Positions 37,285-51,437 of a DNA stretch of 64,000 bases are shown in pieces. Position 1 is the stretch's first letter, and every line of letters starts with the position of its first letter. Source of the stretch: Octopus sinensis (lineage: Eukaryota); contig NC_043009.1 of NCBI RefSeq assembly GCF_006345805.1, positions 42,532,001-42,596,000 on the forward strand. Direction: 5' to 3'. The notes beneath the pieces were generated by a model. The model searched no databases and was not told the origin of the DNA. It saw only the letters and a list, made by a program, of their open reading frames with translations. Position numbers and translations under genes: made by a program.

Positions 37285-39716
37285 CATAGCACATGTTTAG
37301 ATGCTGGTCACTATAATAAATGCCACGATTTCAACCTTTTATAGTGACAGTGTGTTCGATACACTTGGTTCACTGGCACATGGCATTCTGAGACACTGGT
37401 GTTACAACATGTATCTTGTCAGACAGAAGCTGCCAAAACTTGAAGCCTAAATGAAGCTGCTGGGCTGCTGGTTTTGTTTATTCTTTCAGTTAACAAATTC
37501 TTTGCTGATAAGTGCTTCTTTCTGTCAATCTTATTTCATTAGTGTTTTTGTTATTTAATGATTTTGGTTATTTTACTGATTTTTCTGCTTTATTTTTTTT
37601 CTTTACATGTGTGAAATCTCAAGAAATTGCTGGTGCTATCTTTCCTTTCAGTTTTGTCAATGAAACTAAAATAAATATGATTTCAAATTTTGGCCAGCAG
37701 TTTGCAGGGAGTCTGCACTTTATTTTATCAACTCTGAAAGAATGAAAAGCAAAGTTGATCTTGGCATGATTTGAACACAAAATGTAAAGTATTAGAAGAA
37801 ATACCACAAATCTCTTTGTTCAACACATTAATGATTCTGCCAACTCACTGCCTTAAAACTAGAATAAATTAAATAAATTACATGATTTTCTTAATTAGAA
37901 TATTTATCAATTTCATGATATCTAGGTTAGATTTTGATGATTAATGCCATATTGAACCTGATCTCGCAAATATATTTTATTCAGAAACTACATCTAGGAC
38001 TAAATTACCCAATGTGTTCTAATATTTTTACTACAGTATGGTGTGATTTTAAGGAAGATCTTGTTCCTATCTTTTAATAGATAGAATGATCTCACAGAGG
38101 CCTCATATTGTTGGTTCTTCTCCAGATCAGTTTACAATGTAGATATAATAACAGAAGATCTTATTGGGTAAGATGAATTGAAGAGGTGAAGCTAGTGTTT
38201 TATCTCACACAGGAAGTTAGCAGAGAGAAATAAACAATGAAGAGTATCAGATTATAAACTGTACTTTGAGATAATTGTAGCACTTTATTTCATGGACAGT
38301 TCCTTGTTACATCTATCATATCTTATTTTGTTATTTCTAAACTGTTTTAGAATATGAATACATTTGTATGCCGTAGGGGAGATGTGTGTTCTGATAGAGC
38401 AGAATAACAATTTTTTTCTCTCCCATAACCAAATATCTGGGCCTTCTCAAATGGTTAACATTTGAAGTCTTTATTCTACATGTTATTAATTTTTATCAAT
38501 TCAATTTTTATCTAAAATTTACCCACTAATTTTCAGAGACTCTGGCTTTATCTGTTTTTGCAAAGTTTGCAATATGTTTATAATATAATGGGAACAGGCA
38601 TGGCTTGTAGGTGCAGGTATGATTATGCGATAAGAAGCATGCTTCCCAACCAAATGGTTCTAGGTTCAGTCCCACTGCGTGGCATCTTTGACTACTATAG
38701 TCTTGGGCCAACCAAAGCCTTGTGAGTGGATTTGGTTGACGAATATTAGAAGAAGCCCATCATATAATATATAAGTGTGTGTGTGCCTTTGTGTCTGTGT
38801 TTGTCTTCTACCACTACCTGACAACCATTGTTGGTGTGTTTATGTCTCCATAACTTAGTGGTTTGACAAAAGGGACCGATAAAATAAGTAACAGGCTTTA
38901 AAACAAACATAAATAAGTAAATAAGTACTGGGATCGATTCCGTCAGCTGAAAATTGTTCAATGCAGTGGTGCCCCAGCATGGCCACAGTCTAATGATAGA
39001 AACAAGTAAAAGATAAAAAATAGAAGATGATATTTTTATCTAAAATTTAGTAAGAAATAGAATGGTGGCACTGGTCATTTTATGGCAAAATCTCAGAGAT
39101 TGCTTGTAGAAGAAAGGTAACTACAACTCATGGGTTATCGACAGAAGAGGAACCTGGTGCAAATGTTTGAGTAGAGGGAACTTTGCTTAAAGCACCCCAT
39201 GACCAAAGTAGTGATGTACAAACCAAGTTATGGATTTAGACTTCAGAAATGAGTTTATTAGGAACAGAAAACGATGTGTTGGGATGATCTAGCCTTTCCT
39301 AAGACCATTAAGAAGAAATGATAAAACAGAAGAAAGTTAAGATGAGATGCTAAAATAAAACGATATCAAAGTCTGATATTCAATTAACCAACAAATTATG
39401 ACCAGCACTAAATTCTTTACTGTCCTCCCATCAATATTTAATTCCAGAAATGTATGTATAGATTTATTTTGGCCTGACAAAACATCTGAATTAACTGATT
39501 CTACCACACACACACACACACACACACAAAGAAAAAGGAAACAAAATAGCCTTATCAAATTAACACCAACATGTCATCAGCCCTTATTTTATTAATCCCT
39601 GGTGGGATATCAGGCAAAATTAAACAAAACACCCAAAAAAATTCTAAAGATAGAAAAGACTAAACTAAATACTGCCAAGCATTTATTCAACCCCAACTTT
39701 TGCTATTTAAGTTTGC

Positions 39717-39788
<72 letters not shown>

Positions 39789-39885
39789 TGTGTGTGTGCA
39801 TGCGCACATGTGAGTGTGTGTGTATTTGGCAATTCTCTGCCCTTCAAATCATAGATATAAAAATTCTAAATCAATAACATGCAAA

Positions 39886-39925
<40 letters not shown>

Positions 39926-40499
39926 ATGTATATATATATATATATGTGTGTTTTTTTTCAGTTGTTGTTTGAGTATTGGAAACAAGCCTGTATAATTTAG
40001 TAATATCCATGTAGTTTTCCAGTTATCTGTGACCTCAAACAGTCTATTATTAAAAACAGGAAAAAAAAAGCTTATTTTGTTTCATGCAAATAGAAAAGAA
40101 TAGAAACAAAATAACAGCTTTTTGCATATGCACACAACATAATAACTTTGGCACTTTATATTCTCCTTGGCTAGCGCCTCGACATAACAGCATGTTAATC
40201 CCAGTTGATTAAATAAGCTTCTTACGAAAAGATTTCAGATTTACAACAGATGTGTAATATCATAGACCACAGCTCTGTGTTTGAAACTTATCTTTATTCA
40301 CTTAGTACAAAGGTCGATTGTGGAGGTGAGATAGCTGTGTAGTGTAAGGTGTTGGTGACCACTTATCAACCTACTTTCATAAAGGCCACTAGTTCAAATC
40401 TCATTCAGGTATTTTGTTTTGTTGTATTTCTGGTCAGATCTTTTTATTCTACTTTGTCTCAGCCTACTCCAACACCTGAAGTACTTTGACAATGACCCT

Positions 40500-40844
40500 G
40501 ATTGATTGTCATGGATTATCATCGATTACGTTTGAACCCATTAGATGAATTGCGGTGTCCATATAGTGTCCAAATCTTCAAAATGTTTCTCTCTTTTTGA
40601 TACAGTTGAAACATTCCCACCAAAGATTTCTAATTTCATCCAAACTGTGTGTGCAAAAGATCTTGCAGCATTTAGAAAGTAGGCAATTTTTAAATCGCTG
40701 TGTTCCACACATGTCTTTTTATTTCTTGTGTTAGCATTTTATCTGCTCTTGGGGAGGGGATCTGAAAGAAATAAAAACCATTTAATTGGTTTAAAGAGAG
40801 TAATATACTATAATTAAACATCCTCAAATACCCTTCATACCCTG
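40500..40844 (-). mobile_element. 5' fragment of an IS630-Tc1-mariner transposon
   Basis: TA-CAGGG terminus at 40844. The frameshifted N-terminus MLTQEIKRH / EHSDLKIAYFLNAARSFAHTVW..KREKH..TPQFI resembles HTH regions of Tc1/mariner-type transposases (recognised from memory). Confidence 0.55.
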
Positions 40845-40846
40845 TA

Positions 40847-40884
<38 letters not shown>

Positions 40885-42090
40885 CTCACAGGCACATAAA
40901 TATATATATATTTATACATAAATATATATACATACACTCGCACATAAATATATATATATATACATATTTGTACAATATATATATAAGAAGTTTGCTTCTG
41001 AACCACATGGGTCTGAGTTCAGTCCCACTGTGTAGCAGCTTGGGCAAATGACCTTTACTATAGCTCCAGGTCGACCAAAGCCTTGTATATAGATTTGGTA
41101 GATGGCAACTGAAAGAAGTTCATCATATGTATGTATGTTTGTATGTAAATATGTTTGTGTCTTTATGTCTGTGTTTGTTCCCCACCACCACTTGATAACC
41201 AGTATTGGTTTGTTTGCGTCCTTATGACTCAGTGTTTTGACAAAAAAAAAAGTGGCCAATAGAATAAGTAACAGGTTTTAAAAAAGAATGAGTATCAGAG
41301 CTGATTTGCTTGCTCATACTCTCAAAGGTGGTACCCCAGCATGACTGCAGTCCAATGACCAAAACAAGGAAAAAGCAAAATGTACATACACCCACACATA
41401 TGTCTAATGCTGAAGGAAGAATATTCTATACCATTGTAGGCATTTACATTTAATAATGTTTATATTTTGGATGAGTCTGTCTCTTGCTACTCAGGAATAT
41501 TAGAGTTTGCCTGTGCACTCAACATGTTCATTAGGCAAGTTAGAGCTATTACGATGTGATCTAAGAGAGACTTGGCTGCTATTTCTAGTATATCAAGTGA
41601 TCCCATAGAGGTACCCTTATTAGTTTGGATAGTTTTGTAACATATATTTCTTTAACAAAAAGATCTCATAACAGAATTTGAACTGAATATAAATTTTACT
41701 GAATGATTTCATAGGTTAGACGACAAACGTAAAATAACAGCTTCTCTCTACTAAATATGGTGTGCATAACATTAATAAATGCTGTGGAGAATGGACGGGG
41801 TAAATTTGGAATTCTATAGCCATTATTTACGACTCACCTTTCAGGGTGGTAATCAGTGAACTTAAGCAATGTCTTTTTTTAACTTTACCCCCTGGGAATC
41901 TCATCTTTAAGCACCAGTATTTCTCTCCAAGTATTATTGCTTGTCATGAAATACATTCAACAACTAACATAAACATATTACTAAAATATTCCCTCTGGGA
42001 TCCTACCCACCCATTTTTTTTACGAGTGATGTAAATACATATATACATACATACATAGTACACACGTATATATGTATGTGTGCATGTATT

Positions 42091-42138
<48 letters not shown>

Positions 42139-42357
42139 CAAAATAAGCAACAAGGATATCCAAGGTAATGTAGTACAATCGTTTCATGCTACTTCATTTT
42201 ATTAAACAATGCAAGTATTACATCATTAAGAACATGGTAGTAGAAGGTCCTTCCCTATGTGTAGATATTTTTTATAAATTTTGCTGAACTTATATATATA
42301 TATATATTATATATATACATATATATATATATATACATGTATGTATGTATATATATA

Positions 42358-42404
<47 letters not shown>

Positions 42405-42448
42405 CCACACACACACAAATACTTGTATACATATATTCAAATATATAT

Positions 42449-42494
<46 letters not shown>

Positions 42495-42526
42495 CATATG
42501 TTTATGCAAATATTATGTGTGTATGT

Positions 42527-42864
42527 GGAGGCGAAATGGCCCAGTGGTTAGGGCAGCGGACTCGCGGTCATAGGATCGCGGTCTCGATTCCCAGACGGAG
42601 CGTTATGAATGTTTATTGAGCGGAAACACCTAAAGCTCCACGAAACTCCAGCAGGGGATGGTGGCGAACCCTGCTGTACTCTTTCACCACACCTTTCTCT
42701 CACACTTTCTTCCTGTTTCTGTTGTACTTGTATTTAAAAGGGCCAGCCTTGTCACACTCTGTGTCACGCTGAATCTCCCCGAGAACTACGTTAAGGGTAC
42801 ACGAGCAGGCTGTTCCGTTGATCGGAACAACTGGAACGCTCGTCGTCGTAACCGACGGAGTGCC
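42527..42864 (+). mobile_element. SINE type D head with tail X
   Basis: GGAGGCGAAATGGCCCAGTGGTTAGGGCAGCGG head, TCGATTCCC B box, tail X. Confidence 0.8.
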
Positions 42865-42924
42865 ACGATGTGTGTGTGTGTATGTATATGAAAACACACA
42901 CACACATTTACGCACGCATATTCA

Positions 42925-43500
42925 CACAACGAATTTGTTGCTGTGTTCAAGAAGGAAGACTGTGCTGATTTGGTCATGTGATACGGATGGATGCCGAGAG
43001 CTGCATAAAGAAGTGCTGATTTCTCAAAATAGATGAAACCCATGGAAGTGGGAGACCTAGGAAGAGATGGAACGAAGTAATGAAAAATGACCTCAGACGC
43101 TGAACCGTCATTCAAGGACCGAGATACCTAGCGCCTTGCTTTAGTCAAGAAAGCCTGTACCATGCAACAGAAGCGTTAAGACCAGTTCCCCTGGTGGCGA
43201 GGATAGACCTGCAAAAGTCCTGCGCTGGGGCCACATAAAGGCACATGTGCAGTGCCACGTAAAAACACCCATGCAGATCCACGTAAAAGCACTAGTGCGG
43301 CGGCACGTATAACGCCCGTGTGACGCCATGTAAAAGGATCCACCACACTCTGTAAGTGGTTGGCGTTAAGAAGGACATCCAACAGTAGAAATCATGTCAA
43401 ATCAGATTGGGGTCTGTCGCAACTCCTCGGCAAGCCAGCTCTGGTCAAGCCATCCAACCCATGCCAGCATGGACAATGGACGTTAAATGATGATGATGGT
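42925..43500 (+). mobile_element. RTE-clade LINE 3' end
   Basis: RLC*FGHVIRMDAESCIKKC...GSGRPRKRWNEVMKNDL (RTE C-terminal signature), followed by a 3' UTR with CACGTAAAA repeats and a (GAT)n tail. Confidence 0.75.
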
Positions 43501-44598
43501 GTATGTGTATACACATATATGTATACAAGTATATACATATATATACACGTATACATATATATATATACATGTGAGCATACAGAGAGAGAGAGATATATAC
43601 AGGTATATATAAAGTGTGTGTGCGTGTGTGTGTGTGTGTGTGTTGATAGATTGATATGCATAAGAGTAGATATAGCTGTTTGGTTAAGAAGCTCGCTTTG
43701 CAAACACGTTGCTTCAGGTACAGTTCCATTGTACAGTACCTTGGACAAGTCTCTTCTACTATAGCATGAGCCAACCAATGCATTGTGATTGAATTTCCCA
43801 GATGGAACCTGTGTGGAAGCATTATGTGTGTGTGTATGTGTGTGTTGTGTGTGTTGTGTGTAAACCTACATGATAGAAATACAAACATGGTGAATTTAGC
43901 TTTAAAGAAATTATCAACAGCCTAAGCCGATTTTCAAGCCTTATTGAGCTCTCATCAGAGGTATCTACATTTGACAAACTCAAGAGAAATAAGCAGTCAA
44001 CAAATAGGCACTCAACAAATTCAAGAGCTTCAGAAAACAGCAGCAACTAATCTGCATACCAAAAGTTTTTAACACTTATATATACATACACACGCAATAA
44101 ACATTGGATATGTAGTAGAGAAGTTCATTTCACCACCACGTGGTTTGGGATTCAGTTTCACTGCACATCACTTTGGACAAGTAGCTTCTACTTTAACTCC
44201 AGTCAACCAGCACTTTTTGAGTGGATTTGGTGGACAAAAACTGCACACATATAGACACACGCAAACATACCATTGTATGTATGCGCGCTTGGTGTGTTTG
44301 TGCGTGTTTTCATGATGTCGCATGCTAATTGTAAACAAATGTCACTGTCATAAAAGCGATGTCAGTTTTTTGCGGTCTTCTGCGAAAAGCATGTCGGATA
44401 ATTACATTGCTCGTGTGTGAAAATAAAAATATAATGAAAATAAAAACTGGGGGTAGGGAAATGGTAACTTACTAGGAAACAAGTTAGAGATGGCAGCAGA
44501 AAGAGCAGCTGGTCGTAGAATATCTACATCAACAAATTTCTTATGCAAACGTAGAAAGTGTACATTAAAATGATGATGACGACGACGACGACGACGAC

Positions 44599-44638
<40 letters not shown>

Positions 44639-44744
44639 ATGATGATGTCGATGATGATGGTGACAATGGTGATGATGACGATGATGATGATGATGATGAT
44701 GAAATATATATGTCTATGTATGTATATATATGATTGTATATATG

Positions 44745-44812
<68 letters not shown>

Positions 44813-45756
44813 ATATGTATGTATATATGTATATATATTACGTGTGTATATATGTGCGTGTGTGTGTACATATAAATATGAAAGTACCTATATATGCGAG
44901 TGTGCCCATAGGCGCACCAACGGATGCACGCACACACACTCAAACACACACACACACCACACACACACACGCACTCACACACACACACACACACACGTAC
45001 ATTCACTAATTACCACAACTATATCTTCTCCTTTTGCTAATTTTATCCCAATTCTAATCTAAACATCTCTTTCCATATAGTGCCCACCCTCCAGCCTCTT
45101 ACCAACTCCATTACTTCTCTTCTTACCCTTAAGTACCATACATAGCAGCTTTTCCTTCCAAATCCTTGTGTTACCATTTTTATCTTCATATATTCCACCC
45201 AATTCTATATCGTCAATAACATTATTATTCCAACGCCATATCCGTTCTTCACAGAAATCCGTCACAGTACCCAGGGGAAGTTTTTAAGGGTTTCTCTTTT
45301 CCTCTTTGCAAGTATAATGTTTATGATATTTATGAGTAGGGTATAATGATGCTTGTGAAATTCATGCCTTTCCGCATAGTGTTTAGTTTAGCTACGTAAG
45401 TGAAGCAAAATGAGGTTCTTTACAATAACCCTTGGAGCAAGTCCTTACTCTTCGGAACAGTATTTTTCTGGAATCTTCTCCCTGCTAATGTCTTTCCTTT
45501 TATCTTTTAAATTTTACTTGTTTCTGTCATTAGACTGCGGCTATGCTGGGGCACCACCTTGAAGAATTTTTAGTCGAATGGAACAATCCCTATATTTTCT
45601 TTTGTTAAGCCTGGTACTAATCCTATTGGTCGCTTTTGCCAAACCGCTAAGTCACAGGGACGTAAACACACCAACAGTGGTTGCCAAGTAGTGGTGGAGA
45701 CAAGCATACACAAATTCACACAAATATATATATATGTATGTGTGTGTGTGTGTGTG

Positions 45757-45905
45757 TGTGATCATCATCGTTTAACGTCCACCTCCCATGCTGGCATGGG
45801 TGGAGCAGTTTGACAGGAGTCAGCCAGGCAGAAACCTGCACCAAACTTCTGTGACTGTTTTTGGCAAGATATTTACAGCTGGATGCCCTTCTCAACACCA
45901 ACCAA
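45757..45905 (-). mobile_element. RTE-type 3' tail fragment
   Basis: Reverse complement of the same tail (ATCATCATCGTTTAACGTCC...GGATGCCCTTC). Confidence 0.55.
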
Positions 45906-46084
45906 CCAACCACCCACCCAGCAGAGTAGCCTACATATATGTGTGTGTGTGTACAAGATGAGCTTCTTTCAGTTTCCATCTACCGTATCCCACTCACAAG
46001 GCTTTGGTCAACAGCCTCAAGCTCGTCGGTCACGTGGTGTGTGTTGCAAGTAAAGAAAAATATAACTTCAACTATTAAAACAAC

Positions 46085-46119
46085 AGCTACTACTACTGCT
46101 GCTGCTGCTACTGCTGCTG

Positions 46120-46151
<32 letters not shown>

Positions 46152-46176
46152 GCTTCTGCTGCTGCTACTACTACTA

Positions 46177-46208
<32 letters not shown>

Positions 46209-46221
46209 ATTACTACTACTA

Positions 46222-46253
<32 letters not shown>

Positions 46254-46260
46254 ACTACTA

Positions 46261-46292
<32 letters not shown>

Positions 46293-46294
46293 AT

Positions 46295-46345
<51 letters not shown>

Positions 46346-46346
46346 A
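46085..46346. repeat. Alternating (CTA)n/(CTG)n triplet tract
   Basis: Direct reading of the sequence. Confidence 0.95.
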
Positions 46347-46392
46347 TAGTAGTCTCTCGGGTCTGGGAAAGATGGTACTGCAGTTCTTAATT

Positions 46393-46621
46393 TATTTACT
46401 GCCCACAAGGAGCTTAACATAGAGGGGACAAACAAGGACAGACAAACGGATTAAGTCGATTATATCGACCCCAGTGCGTAACTGGTACTTAATTTATCGA
46501 CCCCGAAGAGATGAAAGGCAAAGTCGATCTCGGCGGAATTTGAACCCAGGACGTAGCGGCAGACGAAATACCGCTAAGCATTTCGCCCGGTGTGCTAACG
46601 TTTCTGCCAGCTCTCCGCCTT
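46393..46621 (-). mobile_element. Type-A SINE, full length
   Basis: Close match to 3867-4096 on the reverse strand. Confidence 0.88.
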
Positions 46622-48325
46622 ATGGTTTATAGTGATCAAATGTTCGTGCAGCACATTAGCTCACCCGCTCCATCGAATCGCCATTTCCTGTAGAACGGGG
46701 AACGGTGGTGCAACACGATATATGTCGAAGTGATCGCATGCAAAGCAACGTGAGAAGTGATTTTCAAGAACACAACGCACCACCCGTTTCAGGAATCGAA
46801 CCTACGATCTCCCTTGAGCGTGAGCTTAGCATCTTTACTACTAGACCATGCGCCCTCACACTACTACTACCACTACTACTGCTACTACTACTACTATACT
46901 ACTACTACTACTACTACTACTTCTACTACTACTACTACTATAGTAGCAATATCAATGGCCTCTGTTTCTCGAAACTGGCAGGTCCCATACCTCCACCAAT
47001 TAGGTAACCCTGACCCGCACACCATCTCTCATCACTATCGTTGTGCCCAGCCACCTCGAGACTACATCACCAAAAATAGGCATCTTCCTCCTCAGAACAT
47101 TGACCCTTCTGGACTCTGTTCTCTGTCCATGTCTTTCCTGCAGGTGCTGATCTGCAATAGTTTAAACGGAATATTAACGGTATCGATCACTGGTCATAGG
47201 AACTGCAATGACCACTGGTACTATCTTGTACCTTCTAATCATTGTTGTTGCATCCACTTTCCCATCATGACACTGCACTAATCACTATCCCTAATTCTTC
47301 TTCGCCAGAACCTCATACCTCTGGACACTCCTCCCTATTTAGGTCTTTCTTGCTGGTCGTGTGTTCCCATTATTGGTATCAAGTTCCTCACCGGTCTTGA
47401 TATAGTGCCCATGATCTGCAACGATCATGGACACTATATCACTTCACCACCCATCATACTTGTTTCAGATGAGTGTCCAGCTTACCGATCTTGAAGGGTC
47501 AACAAAATTCAAGGGCACTGACCCTTCTGCCAGGATCAGCAAGTAAAAAGCAGAAGAAAAAAGAAAAGAAAGCTGACAGCAACGCAGTATACGACTTACA
47601 GTAGATTTAGAACTCAAACTCTATAGGTTGATATTCCAGCATTACATCCACTGAACCAATTAAGCGTTAGCCATTCACCCTTTAGCCTTCATAGGTATCA
47701 ACTTAGAAAACAGTCTTGTACGAGTTTATTTAATAAACTCTAAAGTAGGGCAATGAAAACTTGTATAACTAAGATGACATTTATTTCCTAAAACAGATCA
47801 GATCGGCATTGTATTTCTTTTCCTTTTCCAGAAAAAACAAAAAAAAATTTTGTTTTAAATTTTCATTTCATTTTATCACTTTGCCTAAAGCTTCCAGGAG
47901 TGACCTTTTATCATTTACACAGCCATTAATATCTATAGCCTGCAGTATTATATCCTCCGAATTGCTATTCAATGTTGTTTTTTTCCCCTGTTATATATAT
48001 GTATGTATATATATATATGCATGCATGTATGTATGTGCATGTATGTGTGTGTGTGTGTCTATGTGTTTATATGTATTATGTATGTATATGTAGTTGTAAT
48101 CAGTGTCACAAGATATGTTATTGTGTTCATATGATCTTTTGTGTGAAAGAAAAATGACGAAACTAAAGGAAAGTTTTCAAGGAATTTTTAGAGAAGTCAC
48201 CAGAAGGAAAAAAGAGTAACAAACACGACAAAAATATAAAACACTCCAAAAGTATTTATAACAACTACCATTATTACTATTATTATTATTATTATTATTA
48301 CTATTATTATTATTATTATTATTAC

Positions 48326-48361
<36 letters not shown>

Positions 48362-48447
48362 CATTATTATTATTTCTTTATGCTTCATTCGTTAACAACA
48401 ATTTTTTTGAAAATTGTTTCATAGTTATAATTACTATTTTATTATTA

Positions 48448-48512
<65 letters not shown>

Positions 48513-51380
48513 TCCTTTTCAAAGTGTAAAATGTGATAATATATCAAAATTTTCGAACTGTGAGAATGATATTTGTCTTCAATAATTCTATTCACAGTTA
48601 TTTGTTTTCTTCAACACAGAAGATTTCCATTCACATCATTATCGCCAATTCACACTAACAAACTATAGTAAATTTTTCATACAAGTTTCTGTTTTCTGTT
48701 TTTTTTAATTTTTCTTTTCTTTTTTTGCATTAAATTTATGAATTAATAGCTTAGAACCTGGAACTGTTTTTAATGCTGACTTAGGAGGAATAAATGAGAA
48801 AAAAATTGCCGAGTAAATAATTAATAAGAACATTGTCGAACAATCATTATAATTTGTGAAGATTATTCAGCAGGATGCTGAAATCTTAAAGCAATGATCA
48901 AGTAAGTTTAATTCCTGTATGTTGTAGATTTCTCGCTTGGTTTATTTCAGTAATATCTACGGGTGCATTTCAAAAATTACCTTTCATTGCTTGTAGGATT
49001 TAGAGCACTTTGGCAAAAAGACATCGTCATTTACAATTCCTCAAACACTATAATTGGTAACTTTCCACAAACGGCATTCGTTATCCAGCTGGTAAAATGC
49101 AGAAAATAACTGGCAACATTTTGAACCGTGGTCTGTGTTTGAGCAAAACTAGAGAGAAAAATCAGCAATAAGCCTTTCTGTCGTTGACACAGTCTTTTCT
49201 TTATTTTCTACAAGGGCTCAGAGACACTAAAATACGAAACTTTTATAAGGAGTTTCAAATAAAAAACAAAATTAAAATGTGAATTGTGAAAGGCAAATTT
49301 ACTAATTCGAAAGGAAATGATGTATTAAGCTTTTAAAAATACATTGAGATTTCATAGACAGAAAAAATATAATATACATTTAAAAGGAGAGTAAAAATGG
49401 GAGAACAGATTGAGTTTGGGCTCTCAACAACCTTAAACGACAATCAATTATCGAATTGGTTACAAATGTAGCCAAATGCACCAGTAAGGATTTTTAGGAC
49501 ATTTGATGTTAAAAAACCCATCTTCAGGGTATGCTTACCGAAGTTCAATATGATATCTTAGTTTCAATGCCAATTCAATCTGCCAACAAACTATTGTAAA
49601 TTTTTCATACAAATTTCCCGTTTTCTTTATTTTCTTTTCCTTTTTACATTAAATTTATGAATTGATGCCCTAGAAGATGGAATTGGTTTTAATGTGGACT
49701 TAGGAATAATAAATGAGAAAATCTAACAATCTATCGTTTGCATTTTGCCAATATTCTGAATCTAACAGTTTTTGTGACATTCTAACTTCTTTTGACTGTC
49801 TGTGACTCTGCAGATGCGTAGTTCTGTCTATCAATTGTTTCTTCGATATTTGAATGGCAAAGAGTTTTAGTGCATTTTCGTCATTATTTTTTTTTTTAAG
49901 ACTGGGGGCATCGTTGTTATTTGGAACAAATTTTCCCTGATTATATTTCTTTACATTGAATTTTTTAAATTTTTTAATGAGTCTTTTCTGTTTTCTTTTC
50001 ATGTTTCCACTGAAACATTTTCATCTGCAACTATTATTTCTCCCCCACTACAAGATGATGGAGCGGTACTACTGGTTGGTCCTATTAAGATTTGAGACAC
50101 TTTTTCATACTGGTTTCACTCTTGCCATCCTTAGAATTTTGGGTGATAGGGTTCTGGAAACTGGAGTGCGTTAGGTTTATTTACCTATTTTATAATTATG
50201 CATGTTTTATAGTGATTTAACTGAGTTTTGTTTTCCTTTTTAGCTTAATTCTTCCAGGAATTCGACCCAGAGATGATTCTTACCACAACAAATATAACAA
50301 CTAGGCTTTCTATTTTGCATAACTAATCCTCTATGTTTTGCTGCTGTCAACTATGCTCAGTTCTGATATGACTCTGTGCTCTTTGGGAGTCATTAGCACT
50401 TTCAAATCCATTTCAATGGACTTTGACCATGCATCACCATTTGTAACCTTCTTTTGACCTCTCGCTCATACAATGATACAAAAGTAATTTCTAGACACAG
50501 ACCTATTTTGATTCTGATGTCTTTTCTCTTCAGTTTCGTAATTCTTCGACCCATGTACTGGAGTACAGTTGTATAGCCTAAGATATGTTTAATAATTTTA
50601 GCCTGTGTTCTGGCTGAGTTTTCAGTGTTGAGAGTACAGCAGAGTGTCACATTATTTGTCTTCTTCACAGATAAGAATTACTCCCGATATGCATTGAAAA
50701 GCTTGTTGTACTATTTAACGCAAGGAAATATTAAAATTTAATCCAATTACATCTTTTCCATACAGGAATGTATAATTCTTTTCCCGTTTTCTCTCCACGA
50801 TTAGCTCCTGTGGCAAAGAAATTCCGTTCCGTTTGTTACGTATTTTAAAAACTCACTTCTTTTGTCTTGTAACTGAGATAGCTCTAAAAATTCTTTATGA
50901 AGGAAGATTTGCATTAACACCACTATCTTTTGAATGAATTATATTAACTAACCCCACATCTGTTATCGTTACTACTGTCGCTATTTGCTATTTTACCTGT
51001 TTGAGAGTTTGAGATATTTTTTATTACTTATTCACTAAACTGTTAATTTTCCTCTTCTTGTTGTATATTCATATGTGTTTTTTTTATTCTGTAAGTTTTT
51101 CTTATTGCAATGTACACTTGTTTAGCATAAATGCTTTGGGTGTGAAAATGTTGAGTGTGTAAATAAAATTTTATAAGTTTTGCAAAATAAATTGTTTGTT
51201 TTATCTCACATTCAACACACCGCGGTATTGAGGACAGGTTTTACTTAGGTAACACTAGTCTTTTTTTTCTTTTTCTTTTTTTGCAAGTACTGAAATTCTA
51301 TTTGGTAATACTAGAACACAATTTTACCTAGAGAGAAGAAAAAAACATAACTTCACATGATGAGAAACAAATATAATAAC

Positions 51381-51426
<46 letters not shown>

Positions 51427-51437
51427 TAATAATAATC

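Noticed and set aside
40690-40765. Strong minus-strand acceptor TTTCTTTCAG as a host exon
   Set aside because: Lies inside the 5' end of a Tc1/mariner-type fragment, and all frames close quickly.
46975-47545. Pyrimidine-rich stretch suggestive of an antisense LINE (also 45060-45480)
   Set aside because: No diagnostic RT or endonuclease motif could be read, so it was left unannotated.
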